Assembly (NCBI GenBank): GCA_976226885.1
Contig: OZ320315.1
Location: 86,738,001 to 86,802,000 of the forward strand
DNA length: 64,000 nt
Reading direction: 5' to 3'
From: Iphione sp. A-MEVVRFRX5
Lineage: Eukaryota
Positions 1-13,700 of this stretch are shown in pieces (the stretch's first letter is position 1; every line of letters starts with the position of its first letter). The notes under the pieces were generated by a model. That model made no database searches. It worked only from the letters and a program-made list of their open reading frames with translations, and was not told the DNA's origin. The position numbers were made by a program, and so were the translations under genes.

Positions 1-347
1 GGCCCCTTGTCCACATTGGGCCGATATGTATCTGTGTGTGTGTGTGTGTGTTTGTGTACGTGTGTGCAAGAACATATCAAGTAGCTGCATAGAGAAACAT
101 GCACTATGGACAGACTTGAAATCTGGAAAAGAAAGGAATCAGAACCAACCTGCTCTGGCGGGGAGCCTACATGAGAGAGGACCGTATGGTGAATAGACCA
201 TTTACAGTGTACAGACCAGCGACTACGAAAATATGTACTGGGAACATGCAGGACAGTTTTTTTTTTCGGTGTAAGACCATATTGCAGACAGACTGGTTTT
301 CATGTTATCGAACGGTTATTGAAGATAACATGTTTACAGACGGTTTA

Positions 348-520
348 CAGGCCGGTAGCCAAGGGGGTATCAGGGGTATCGTCCGATACCCCCCCCCCAC
401 AAAACCTAATGATATAGCCTTGCACAGAGGCATTAAGATACGCTAATCCAGGAGTTCCACCTCTGGGGTATCAGGGGTATCGTCTGATACCCCCCAGAAC
501 AATTCCTGGCTACGGGCCTG
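348..520. mobile_element. 173-bp MITE with 14-bp TIRs and 5-bp TSD (hAT5-like)
   Basis: Left end CAGGCCGGTAGCCA (348) matches the reverse complement of right end TGGCTACGGGCCTG (520) at 13/14. GTTTA flanks both sides. The internal motif GGGGGTATCAGGGGTATCGTCYGATACCCCC occurs twice. Confidence 0.7.
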
Positions 521-1349
521 GTTTATGAAAATGATACTGAGCGTCTCCTTTACGCCCCCTCCTTACTAAATAAAACCCAGTTTTACACGTGTTTGTGTGC
601 GCGTTTGTATGTCTGTGTGGTGTGTGTATGTACTTCCATGTATTGCGAAGATCTGTAGAATTTGTAAGTTAAGATTGGGGAGAAGAACTGAAAATTTAGG
701 AGCGAAAAGAAGAAACAGCAAAGTAGGAAGTTAGGATTCAGATACACAACTTATCAGCGCTGTATACTCTATTACCCGTCACTATTATTGTCACTGATTT
801 ATTACTAAGCAGTTAGGTTTCAGTATCACGATCCACACGGGTCTATGTAGCCTTGTGGGGGAAGACCAAACAGTGCTGTTGTATGAGCGATCCAGAGGAA
901 AGATCGTCGGTTAATCATATTTCATAATCAAAGAATTTGAAAGAAGACTGACACCCTATTCCATAAAATATAAGCTGGTCTTTGATAATGAGTCTTGTTT
1001 ACATATAGACAACTAGGACACGAGCTTTTGACCCTCACAAGTCAGTGAGTTGTGGTTAGCTACACCCACTACACATGCTTTTATACTGATAGCTATCCAC
1101 GGTCTGGTTGACCAGGCGTTAAGGAAGTTCTATTAACCGTTTAGTATTTGAAAGTGAAGGACATTGAAAGTTCAATCAATAAAAAAGTTTAAGGACAGTA
1201 GAAAAATCCTGTTATCATTCAAAGAAGGCAAAACGTCTGCTCAGTGATCCAAATGTTTAGAATGCACCCGTTCTTTCAAAATACATGTACTATGTAGTTT
1301 TTTCCATAATTGATCACCAGGATCTGTTAGCAGTTATTTATTTATTGTC

Positions 1350-1560
1350 CCCCGCCTCTATGAGGCAGGGGACCTTAGGAATGCTGCTGGCTTACTGTCT
1401 GACCTTCCGTCACATTCTTGTGGATCTTATAACTCTCAAACCCTTCAGTCAAACTGATTTTTGTCCCCTGCCTCATAGAGGGAGGGACATTAGGAATGCT
1501 GCTGGCTGGTGTCCCAACCTTCCATCACCCTCTTGTGGGTCTTATAAGTCTCAAACCCGT
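1350..1560. repeat. Diverged tandem duplication (~120-bp unit)
   Basis: Two copies of 'ttaggaatgctgctggct...cttgtggRtcttataaStctcaaaccc'. Confidence 0.6.
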
Positions 1561-1741
1561 CACTCAAAAGAACTGATTTTAATATATGATATTGGTATAT
1601 ATGGCCCCATGGTACTGGGTAATTTTGGCAGTAATTCAAGTAATTTAATGGTGAAATAATTTCAGTTTACTCTTTTGCTAACACACCTACAAACATACAT
1701 AACTGTTTTAGGGATTCCTGGGTCTGACAATGCACTGACAT

Positions 1742-1777
<36 letters not shown>

Positions 1778-1789
1778 CAATACCTCCCT

Positions 1790-2207
1790 TCTGGTAGTAC
1801 CAGCTTGTAGCAGTCAGACAGAACTGTCCAGCCATGCAAGCAATCAGCCATGAAATGAGTTGTTGATGGTGGGAGACAATGGACCTCACAGGTCCACACT
1901 CTTGTCTTCATTAGTTGGTAATGATAAACCTAAATCTGTCGTGAATACTCTCCTTAGAGTTGTCTGCTACTTTATTAACATCCCCCATGTATTCGTAGGC
2001 AGCAGCAACGTGCCATACACTGCTCTTGGTCCTGTCTATGTCAGCTTTTAATTTCCTTTTCACGGTTGTGGCATGTTGACCCTCCACATACACCACTGTG
2101 TCATCTCCATTTAACAAGATACTTTCCCTAGTGGCTTGAACCAGATCATTAATACAAGTTTGTGTACAGAAGAAACTTACTTTGCGACCACCAGTTGGGT
2201 CGGCCAA
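1790..2207 (-). pseudogene. Decayed LINE (CR1/L2-like) reverse transcriptase fragment
   Basis: The translation SILLNGDDTVVYVEGQHATTVKRKLKADID resembles the FADDT-x-x-Y region of non-LTR RTs; it is frameshifted downstream. Confidence 0.45.
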
Positions 2208-2249
2208 AAATGGTCATGATAGCGAATATGGTTGCAAAGCAATAATGCC

Positions 2250-2480
2250 TCCGACCCCTCCCACCACCCTCTCCAGGGTGTGAGGGACATCAGAGAGGTC
2301 GCTGTTGACGCCCCCGGCAGGTATAGACTGCGAATTGGCGGGTTTAGACCACAAATAGGCGGGTTTAGACTGATTTCAAGGTATGAGAGACATCAGAGAG
2401 GTCGCTGTTGACACCCCCTACCTCTCCCACCGCTCTCTCCAGGGTGTGAGGGACATCAGAGAGGTCGTGGTTAACGCCCG
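2250..2480. repeat. Short tandem/dispersed repeat cluster
   Basis: Three copies of 'gacatcagagaggtcg', two of them preceded by 'ctctccagggtgtgagg'. Confidence 0.6.
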
Positions 2481-4714
2481 CGACCATCAAAATGGTCGGA
2501 AAGCAAGAGTAAATTCTATAGAAAATTACCCTAAGGTGTGTGGTCGGAGGGTGAATATGGTCGGAAATCAATATGGTCACAAAGTAAGAGACTATCATAT
2601 AGGATATGCACTGAAATTAATTCTGTTCCAACCCCAAATGGTCGCAATGGGCGTCTTGGTCGCAAAGTGATGAGGTCACAAAGTAAGATTCTCCTGTATA
2701 TTGTTAGCCTCTGTTATAATAAAGATGAGTTGACCTCAGATACAATTTGATTTGTTTATTCAATGATGAGTGACACATAACTGACCAAAAGGCCTCTGCT
2801 TACAACTCCTTATATACTAGTAAAATGCCCTCCACCCAAATAAGCCAGTGCATTTATCTAAATTCAGTGGCAGTGAGTTTAAGATATACATGTATGTACA
2901 GAAGCCCTTCGTCATTGCAACACCGCTTGGTACCAATAACTATACGTTCAACAGATAACCTTTTAAATATAGAATTGTTGACGTTCTATGGTCTCCCCAG
3001 AGTATAAAAGTTAGGTCGTAGTGTCAAAAGACTCTCAATGGGAGCGTGATGATGTGTGAAGATGAAGGGGAAGCACAATTAGAGGATGCCTGGGGAACAT
3101 CGAAGAAAAGCAGGGGGAAGATGAGGATAAGTATTGCACTGACAGACATTTCCTTTGCCTGAGATGAATATGCTGGGAATATGCTCCAGAGTGGATTGGG
3201 TGGAATTAGGGTGGAGAACAGCATTCTGGCAGCACCATTAGATCCAGCGTATCGTGGATTGAAGGAAAGTGTCACCAGAATTTCGCATCTGGTTGGGAAA
3301 TCTTGTACTACCCACTGGATCCACAAAAAAACAACTTTATCTATGTGTCCTCATGAACTCTATAAGCCTAAGGAAGAAGCTTCTTAGAGAACACTTAACC
3401 TGAATGTGTGGATACCACGAAGCTTGTCCGCAGCGATGTGACGAGGCGAAATGGGTCACGGTCAGCACATGCATCTCTCGCATGACAATCACGGAGTAGG
3501 ACATATTTCTACTGATGTAGTTTCCAAGTTGAAGCGTTACCTATTACATTAATCTATGTGCATCAGTACCGTCTCACACCATTTGATCATCTCGTTTACG
3601 TTGAGAAAAGATTAAACTTATGAGCGGTTTAAAAATACTGGATTTACACACTGTCCGTGGGTGCATATTCCCATTAAAAGTAACACACGAACAAATTGTA
3701 AAAGATGAAAGCGGTCCAGGGAATTCGTATTTCCCCTTGTAGTGACATGGCGGTAAGGACAACTGGATCAATGATTGTGCGAATAGAGGTTCCCGGGAGT
3801 AAATTGTGCCCCCCATTAGGCGCCATTGGCATGGTAGCACAGGGAAGTAACTACAGCTGCAGTGACCCACAAAGTGTGCAGCGTGAAAACTAGCACCCGC
3901 ATAGATGAGAGGCTTACAACACATACGACGGCCACATACATGCACATGAATGGAAAGGTTCATTTTCTACTCAGATGTTTTCAAGACCTGTTATATACTG
4001 GCTAAAGGAAGAAAGTTACACATGCATATAGGCATGTATCCTGTTATCACATTAAGACAACAAATTGGTTATTTTCACATTCATTATGAATCATATATGT
4101 ATTTACATAAGCATATCACTGTGTTGTCTCTGCATAATAGGCCCATGTAGGTTGGGTATGTGGTTGTGAACTTTGGTCGAGACCAACTGGGCCAACATGC
4201 CAAAACGCTTTCTTTAAGGAAAAAATATTTATCTCGGTTATAAGGACTATTAATTTCAAAGCGACAAAGGAGACAGTTTACCGGAACGCTTGACTGGCAG
4301 GACAAGTTAGGAAGTTTATAACTTTTATTACATCTGTCCATGTTGGCCTTTTGAGCCTCCGTTAGGATAAGCAGTATGTGTTTCAGCTGAGGTATATCAC
4401 GTGTTGTTAGCTTACACAGGTCTGTGTTTTGAGCCTGTGTCAGAATTCTTTCTTTTTTGTACTTTGCTTAGCCCAAGAACAATGGCTGGCGATCACATAT
4501 TATACATGTATTTGGAACTGTATGTAAGTTCCATCTGGTAGTATATTATGCATGTACGTATGCCGTCATACAGACATGAATTACTTATACAAGTTGCTAC
4601 CTTTGAACAGAGATAGCAGCTCTACGCACAAAGATACCACATGACCAGTTCGTTCACATATCCCACCTTGCCTTTCAGTTCATACTTAATGCTGTATGAG
4701 GTGATAAACCCAAG

Positions 4715-7700
4715 ATGCAGCAGGAAGGGACTGTTCGTTTCCTGCGCCATCACCAGGGGTCAGTTCGAGGCGTAGCATTCNNNNNNNNNNNNNNNNNNNN
4801 NNNNNNNNNNNNNNNNNNNNNNNNNNNNNNNNNNNNNNNNNNNNNNNNNNNNNNNNNNNNNNNNNNNNNNNNNNNNNNNNNNNNNNNNNNNNNNNNNNNN
4901 NNNNNNNNNNNNNNNNNNNNNNNNNNNNNNNNNNNNTCTTCCTGTTTATCTGTGGCAGATATAATATCAGATATACCCTCTCCTCTCCCTCTTTTCCCTT
5001 TCCTCCTTCGCTCTCTCTTCCTGTCTGTCCCATCTTTCAGTCTTTTCCTGTCCCTTGCACTCTACTTTCCATCTCTCTCTATATCTATCTATCTCTCTAT
5101 CTCTATCTCTCTCTGTCCCTGACATGACTACATGCATAATGCAGATTAAGTAATGCTTCATACATTTCACACAGAGTTATACATATACATAATTATTAGT
5201 AGATATGATCAACAATTATATCTTTATAAAACTGACTGATTTCTTGTCAACTTTTTACTTTAGCATCGATACCTGTTCTGCTCCGGTGCGTATGATGGGA
5301 AAGTGAATCTGTACTCTGCTCAAAAATACGAATTCCTCCAGAGTTATTCGGTAAGTTTTTGTACTGTATATATAACTTACCATTTTTATGTGTATTTTCA
5401 CCAACCTATGCCATCTACATTACAACCGCCGTCCGTTCATATTGAACTCGTACGTATGACAGTTTTTTAAAAACTCTTCATCTACATCTGTAGGTAGATA
5501 AGAAGGACCCTAATCACACAAAAAGAAATGCGTGTCAGGGAAGTTAGTGCGAGGCGACAGGGCAGGTGCGATTTCTGCTGTTGTAGTAGCGCTGAGCTAC
5601 AAAAGCAGCTCACTACACCTGTATTGTAACCTGCCTAGCGAGCGGGTATCTCTTTTGGAGCACTTTGAGTTGTTCAGCTTCAGTAAAAAAAGACTTTGTT
5701 TGTGGAAAAGTTGCCGCGAGACCCCAGATCCAAGTGTGTTGTAAATATGGACAGAGCCGTCAAGAGCAAGGGTGTCCTATACTCAACCGTGATTGGCTCT
5801 TTTTGTTTACACAGATTTATTCATATCCAGAGACATTATTATGTAAGGCTCAGTGGATTCCTGCCCTCCCACCACACAACACCTCGGGACAGTGGAGTGA
5901 GTGAGGACTTATTGTTGAGGGGCAGGCAGCTGTGGTGTGAATGTGCACCTTTTCCCTGTCTTCCTGAGCATGGCAGCCAGGCTGATGGTATGACCAGCCT
6001 GTAACTGACAGAGTGCTGACTCTGTGGTAAACAAAGTGCTTTTACAGCTACCTAGAATCTCTGCACACTCAGTATTCTTCAGTATTTACCGGTCCTAAGC
6101 TGGGTAACATCACCAGAGGGATAGACCTTTTCTCTAGCATAGAGCCTTGTCGTTGGACCTGTTATCTCCCAACAGCCAGACATATGTGATGTGACCACTG
6201 TAACCCCAGCCAGTAGGGGCGGGTGCATATCGATATTTCGATATTTACCTCTGGTTGCTGTGTAATTAATAGAACGTAACTCTGTTATATAAGCCACACA
6301 GTAGAATAGGTCAAACTCCAGAAAGAATCAGTTTTTGAAATTTACTTCATCCAAACTTGATGTCAGCAAGTATTTCTAGAACTGAGATGCTGAGAAAAAA
6401 AAACGGGAGTGAAACCTGGGACGATGGAGGACATTCCCATGTTACTACACAGGAGGTTTTCTCCCTGCAGGCTGCAGGTACAGTGTAATCGAGACACACC
6501 AGTGTGATGTCATCTCAGACTACGAAGTCGTTTCCGTGGCCGTTAGTTGTATGCCTGAGACGGCGTCGGTGATAAAGGAAGACAGAGAAGGCTAGAAACA
6601 TGAGAAGTAGGTGAGATTTTAGAGGTTTCAACGCAGCATTTTCTCATTTCCTCAGGAGAGGATGGACGCTCATTGCGCATACTTTGGACATTTTGAAACA
6701 GACCCTACTCCACCAATGAATCAGCAACGCTTCCATGCAGTTCTCGGGCGCAGCCATGCCTCAGGCCTCACACTCTTCTGAGAGAACGATTAATCTGATT
6801 ATCAAGCACTGTATCGCAAAGTAAGAAAGGATTGGGATTCAGATGTTTATCCTGCCATAAGTCTGAAATGAAAAAAAAAACTATAGAGATAAATCCCTCA
6901 CAAGATGAAAGAAAGGAGATGCATTTTCTGTCGAAAGGGACACCTCGATTATTGAATTCTCAGGTAAAGATAACAAGACTAAAACGGAAAACAAAGGAGT
7001 GACGTTTTGCTCCGTTTCATTAGGGTCACGCAGGTAAGGTTGAAGAGGATTAGCCATATCCAAAAGTGCCTAGTCACTGAATATCTCATGCCAGAGAGGA
7101 TTGGCTACTCACCTACGTCCTTTGCTTCTCTGGGTAAAAATAGCTGAGTGACACTTGACTCAGCATTCTTAAAATCATCTCAAAAGATCAGACAAGTCAG
7201 CGGTTTTATGAAGGAATCACGCTTGTTTGATTAATAGAATCACCCGTGAACAGCCTCTAAATTAATATAGCTAGGAGTAATAGAGTTTGAATTTTACAGG
7301 GTAATTGTATGGCAATGTTCTCCATTTGGTCCTCTTTATCATGAGACAATTGTTATTCTCTTTGCTATGAAAGTTACAAATTGCAGGTCCGGGGCCAACT
7401 TTTTGAGATACTGAACAAATTAGTTTTACTCACTTTGAATCACTGGATAAAGTGGACTGCTCATAGACTAATTACTAACTTGTCACAAGTTAACAAATTT
7501 AACAAACACGTTTTCACAAAAAAATAAAAACAAAGATAGCAACTGCAGAGCTTTGTAGTTCCGCAATCACTGTTGGTAATTTAGGGAATGTTTAACTAAG
7601 TTTCCCACAATAAAGTGATATTAAAGAACACATCTACTCCTTCAACACAAGTATACATGTACTTGTACTTCAGTCGACACAATAGTCGTCCCAACAGAAG

Positions 7701-10700
7701 CACAGTAGCTCGAATCATGCAGCAGTTTGTGGTATCCGTAGGAGAAATTATACAATGTAGCTATCAGGAGAAATTGACATCCAAGCTTATCTACATCCAA
7801 ACGAGCTAACAAAAGCATGGTAAGTAGAGTAATATCCCATGTGCTGGTGGAGTAACGCTAGATTCTGAGTTTTCTTTCATACAGACGGTATCTAGTATTC
7901 CTGGTAAATAGATATACAGTACTTGCAAAGGTTGGGCATTTTATATATGTGGTCGCACAAAACAGGAGAGGGTCACCGACCAGCAGAGAGACATTCAAGA
8001 TTTACAAGCAGATTATCTCAGTCTGCAGAGTTATTTCAAAACAGAAATTTTTTCTAAATAAAGATAGTGAGACAACACTACTGCGGTGACGTGCCCTAAC
8101 AAACAGGTGTTTGCTTTGCATTATGCCAGATACTGCATGGAGTGGAGGAGTTAGTTCATTTGGTAATAGTGTTCATTAGCACCGGTCCACTCATCTAGAG
8201 GTCACAGGTTCAATCATTGGTCTGGACCTGGGGCTCTTGATCATGGTTAGATGGACTCTAGCTCACCCATCTCTCTGTCAGGAGAGAACATGTTGAGATG
8301 TTACATGACCCCACGCTTTGATGACATAAGCAGTCTACGTTTTCAATGTTTTGATGGACAAGACATGCAAGGCGGTGCTGATGAGATAATTCCATTATTT
8401 TATTAATTTGACTTTCTAAAAATGTTGCTGGATGTGTTAAAATAGTTAAAATATGTATGTAGGTTGGAGGCAGAAATGAAAGTGTACATTTTTTTGTGTA
8501 TATTTTGACTTAATTTGTCGGCTTAATTTTGACACATACATAATTAATCGTCTTTTATCATAGAAAAGTTGACCTACATATGGATATGGCAAATTTTTCC
8601 ATAATTTAACCTTATTATGTCATGAATCGCCTGAAGTTGACTTATATACGTCAATATTCATCCAACAGTTTGGTTGGTTAGTTTTCTCATCCTTTGGCTG
8701 CCTTGTGCTAATTTTCCAGATAGTAAAATTTTAAATTGTTTTAGACCTCGCAAAATTCAATTTAGCTAGAATTTAGCAATGCTTATTGTGTGAATTCATG
8801 TGCCCTGTGGAGAGTAGAGAATCCAGCATCTGACCCTCCCTGCTGTTGCAGTAGAGTAGGGTGCATTACTAGGGCTGCATCCCCAGCTTTCAGTCGATGA
8901 GTGAACCCTTGTTTTGCTGAAGAATCAGTGCATGTGTCAGACACGACCCTTCATTGTTTGGTAAATTTAGGTCTCTAATTTCACTGTCAATGCATGCTCA
9001 ATTTTAGGATCAGCGGTTAATTGCCCTCATGACATTCCAATGGTGACTGAAGCCACTCATGATTATGATAGTACACTACCCTCTCCTAGTAAAAAGAAGG
9101 GAATGAGCAAGGTGAATCCTGACAAAGGCAAACAAGTGGCGAAAGACAAAGTTGCATCTCCCCAAAGACCTGTTCACAGGAGCCTATGATGGTCATGCTG
9201 TGATGTCCTTAAGTCAAACTCTTACCCAGTTTCTCTCTGGATTTAAAGGATCAAGTTGCTGATCTCTGAACTGATTTGAAAGGGGAATTGTCTGGCTTAA
9301 CAGAGGCAATGAACTACAGCTTTGAATGCCTCTGTCAGGAGAGGAGGATGGTTCTACTGATGGCATCCCTCCTGGGCAAGTGACCTGCCAAGATGACTCC
9401 AGGGATGAGGCTGAAAACTTAATTTCATCCCTCATTAAGTTTCCGATGACAAAGAAGGATCTCCTTTTGATTTCCTCCTGGAATTTCAGAGTCAACTAGA
9501 TAAGGATGATTCTGTGAGGTCCAAGGTGCCAAAAGACCTGGCCTAGTTTGTGATGTCTGCACAACTCAGGAACTGGGATGAAACCAAGCTCAGTAAGAAG
9601 AAGGCAGCTTATCCATGCCCTGCAAACATCAGAGGCCTACAGTTACGCAAGGTCAATGAGCCCATTTTGCTCACGCCACCAAAGGCCCACAGAGGAATGT
9701 AACAGAAATTTGGAAAAAGTACAAGCCATGCTGCACTTGGGACCAGCCATGCTGGTGCACAGCACTATTCAACTAACACAGAAAGCCCAGAAAGATATGT
9801 CACTTCAACCAATTCTTAATAACTTGTTTGATACTTGCAATGTCCTTGGTGATACCAATAATGAAATGGTGAAGGCCAGAAAGTCTGATATTCACTTTGC
9901 TGTGAAGGATGAATACAAGTGTCTGGGCTCAGAATATCATCCCCCACCTTTCAAGTGGCTTTTTGGGGACAATTGAGAAGCATCCCTGAAGACCTTAGAA
10001 GTGGCAAATAAAGCATCTAAGAAGGTTGAACAGCATTCATCAGGAAAGCCAAGAAAAGCCCGATTCAGTAGAGGAGGCAGTCACAGATGTGGCTGGGGAT
10101 GGTCCCACCCTTACAGGTCTTCTTCATCTGAGGAACATCCATACTATCCAAGATGTATTTCATCTACCCCATCCACTTCGCTCCAATGCGTTCATTGCTG
10201 GGGGATTAGCTAATAAGTTTCACGTTTGGGAATGACTTTCTTTGGATCCTGAGATTTCAAGTATTGTTAATGGCATTAAGTTATAGTTTCTCTAGGCTTC
10301 CTCTTCAACAGTTCCTTAAGCCTTTACAATTTCAGAATGTTGAATTTTAAAAAGTTAATATTGTGGTGGAGGACCTACTCTGACAGGGAGTCATTGTTCC
10401 TGATTCTCTGCCTTTGCCATACAAGTCTAGAATGTTTCCACATGGTAAACCATGCATTATTTTGGATCTATAAGAGTTAAACTGATTTATGCCTTTTTTC
10501 ATTTTAAAATGGACAAGTTTCAGTCAGTCACATGAAGCAGGGGAGAGAACACATTCTCACCCAATAGGACCTTGCCCTTTGATGCTATGTGTTTAATGCT
10601 GTTCTCTCCACTAAATGTTTTTTCTAGTGGGTGGCAGTCCCATGTAATCACTGGAGCTGAATTACTGCTAATGTCATCAAAGCATGGTTTCATGTGACAT

Positions 10701-13700
10701 CTCAATGTGTTCTCTCCTCTGCTTTGACACTTAGGCTCGCTAGAGTCTAAGTTATCCTGTACTAAAGCTAGGATAACTGAACAGTTTACTATGGNNNNNN
10801 NNNNNNNNNNNNNNNNNNNNNNNNNNNNNNNNNNNNNNNNNNNNNNNNNNNNNNNNNNNNNNNNNNNNNNNNNNNNNNNNNNNNNNNNNNNNNNNNNNNN
10901 NNNNNNNNNNNNNNNNNNNNNNNNNNNNNNNNNNNNNNNNNNNNNNNNNNNNNNNNNNNNNNNNNNNNNNNNNNNAGGAAAAGTTTTCTGTAACCGTGGC
11001 ATTTTAGTAAATATCATTAGATGTAACACGTTTTGATAAACTTTTTTAGTAGGTAGTGACAAGTAAAGCTTATTGAACAGAACCTATAGCTATACCTAAA
11101 TGCAATACTTTTTTCCAGATTACAACGATAAGCCTTGCCAGAAACATAAATAGCGTTCGATTTAGTACGGATGGCAGCAAGGTCAGTTGAGATTTCCTAT
11201 GGCCATAATATACAGGCACTTCCATTACATTGTGAAAAAAGACCAAGGCAAACCTGTCTGCTGAAATTTAGCCAAAATTACGTCAATGTTATCAAGATCT
11301 CGGTTGAGCGAGAAATATATCTAATTACAGAATGCATTGCTTTGAGGAATTTGTCATGCTAAATATACCCTTTTTTCAAAATGTCAATTACATAAAAGTT
11401 AATTATGGCAATTATAATAGTAAGAACAACCTACCTCGTATGGAAAAGCTACATTTACGCTTTAACTCGATGTGGCTCTGTCCTTGAAAAGTAAGAATCT
11501 CGTGGCCCAAGTGAAGGTTGTGCGTCGTTACAAACACGCCGTTTTAAAACTTCATTTGTAAAGAATAAACTGTTCTCTCTTTGTCAGATCCTGGCCACCA
11601 CGACAGCACGCCGTCTGGCGGTGATAGACGTAGAGCGAGGAGACCAGATCCAGTCGTATGATAATTGTAAGAAAACTACAGGTGTTTTCCCGGGTGTGTG
11701 CTTGAGTGTCCAGTGTTTGGAGACCAATATGCGTATGAATTAGCTCCAGTGTTGCACTGGAAGAAGGTGAAACAGTTGAATGTTCTGTGTACACACGTGC
11801 ACCGTCTTGGCATCGCTGAGGTCACCATGGCCGAGTGCCCAGAGTGCTGTGCTCCTTCCGTTTAATTCTATGTGGTCAGGGCCAATTGTTGTACATGATT
11901 AAAAAAAAAATCCAAGAAGCTCAACAATACTACTTGGTAGTTGTTCCTGCTTCGTTGTACTTGTCCTTATACTTTACCGTGCATCCCTGCAAGCACCGTC
12001 AAAATACCTTTTTTATGTAACGTTTTATGTTTAATAACACGTTTTCTTTGTTCGTAAATAGACAAAAACATTGCAAATGAAAACACGCACCTCTGGCGAA
12101 GTGCCAGTGATATTCTTTTCCGTGTTGATGCCTTATCTTCATAAATTGACTTATTTTAACACAGGTGCGTTCAATGGCCGTGACCGGACTGGCCTGGCAG
12201 TGGACCCTTCCAGTCCTAATATGGTCGTCTGCTGTTCGGTCAACGGCAAGGTATACATGTACATGTATTTGCCAACATGTTAACAGGAACTGGTTTTTTT
12301 TTTGGTAACGCTCAGGTTATTTATTATCTGCCACTTTAGAGAAACGTTGATGAGGTTAGACAATGCAAACCGCGGTAGCACCACACAAACCCTAATATGG
12401 GGTGTTTCACGGCCATAAACACAGAAAAATAGGACTATATATTTTGGGGGTTATATTTCAGGGCCTTACGTTATTTGACCTTCGGATGTCTTCTCTGCCT
12501 CTGGATTTCTTGAATGACGTGAGTAGAAAATTTTATTACAGCATTTTGCATTTGTTATGTGGAAAAATATACTTGTCATCTTTGTCATTGCAACACATGT
12601 AGAATTATCTGCAAACTTCCCTGCCTTGGTTTTGAGTCATGTTCAACTTCTTTAACTAGAAATACCACGGAAGTTAAGGTACAAACGCAAAAAAATATGG
12701 AGGTACAGGGACAAAACGTGAATTTTCAGCCCGATTAGGTAATGGGAGAACGGTACGGGCTTTCTTATTTCTTTCGCCAACCCTTATCCCCCTTTACCGT
12801 TATTTCACGCTCTTTAGATACATCTGGGGATCATCCGTGATGTACTCTTCCTTCATGAGAGCTGGCCCTGGTGCAAAGGTCAACGAGGTCTCATCTCCGT
12901 CGCCTCAGACGGCCTCTGTAAGGTACGCCTGTATATAGTAATTCGTACTCCTCGGTTGACCTATAGGCAACCTACGTCGTTTTTTTTCAATCATATAGCA
13001 ATTCATGGTTTTGTGTGGTGGTAACATCGTCAGGTTGCGTATTTGTTTGAAGTTTGAAAGGAAGGCAAAATCGTGTTTATAATGTCGTTTTGGACTAACT
13101 TCCTTCCTTAGAAGGTACAGGTACTTATCATGAGTGTTGATCTGACATGGAAAACAAGTGTAATTAGTAACGTGGAACAATTTACCATACAGAAGTACGT
13201 TTCTGTTCACACGGGACTGTTTCAGTGCTGGAACCTTGAGTCACAAAGATGACCCAGTGACATCACCAGTGTCGAGATACATAACATCACGTTTCTTTCA
13301 GTGAGGTCGTCAGCCTATAAAAGATAGCGGCTAAGTTTTAATATAGGTTCTCGTACTTTCTTCCACAAGAATATTTCCTTTTGTTTTGTTTTGACATAAG
13401 GCTATCATACGGTGTTTACAAAAGACTAACCAGGCTCGAGGGTGCTACCCAGATCTGCTTCAATGCTTTCTTCGGACCTTATGCCAGTTATTTTGTATAA
13501 CTGTGGCCAATGTGCCATGAAGGTGTAATTTCGAATTTGTACTTGGTAGTGGTCATAATTTTCTTCTCGGATGTTTCTACCGTTCTTATTGTTCTCCTCA
13601 ACATCTCCATCAGTTTCTCTGCTATTTCTCTCAGTAGATACTCGTCTGCTTCTCTCAATGTTTGTCTGGGTGTGGCCCTTTCCCCCATCTTTCTCCCCTC

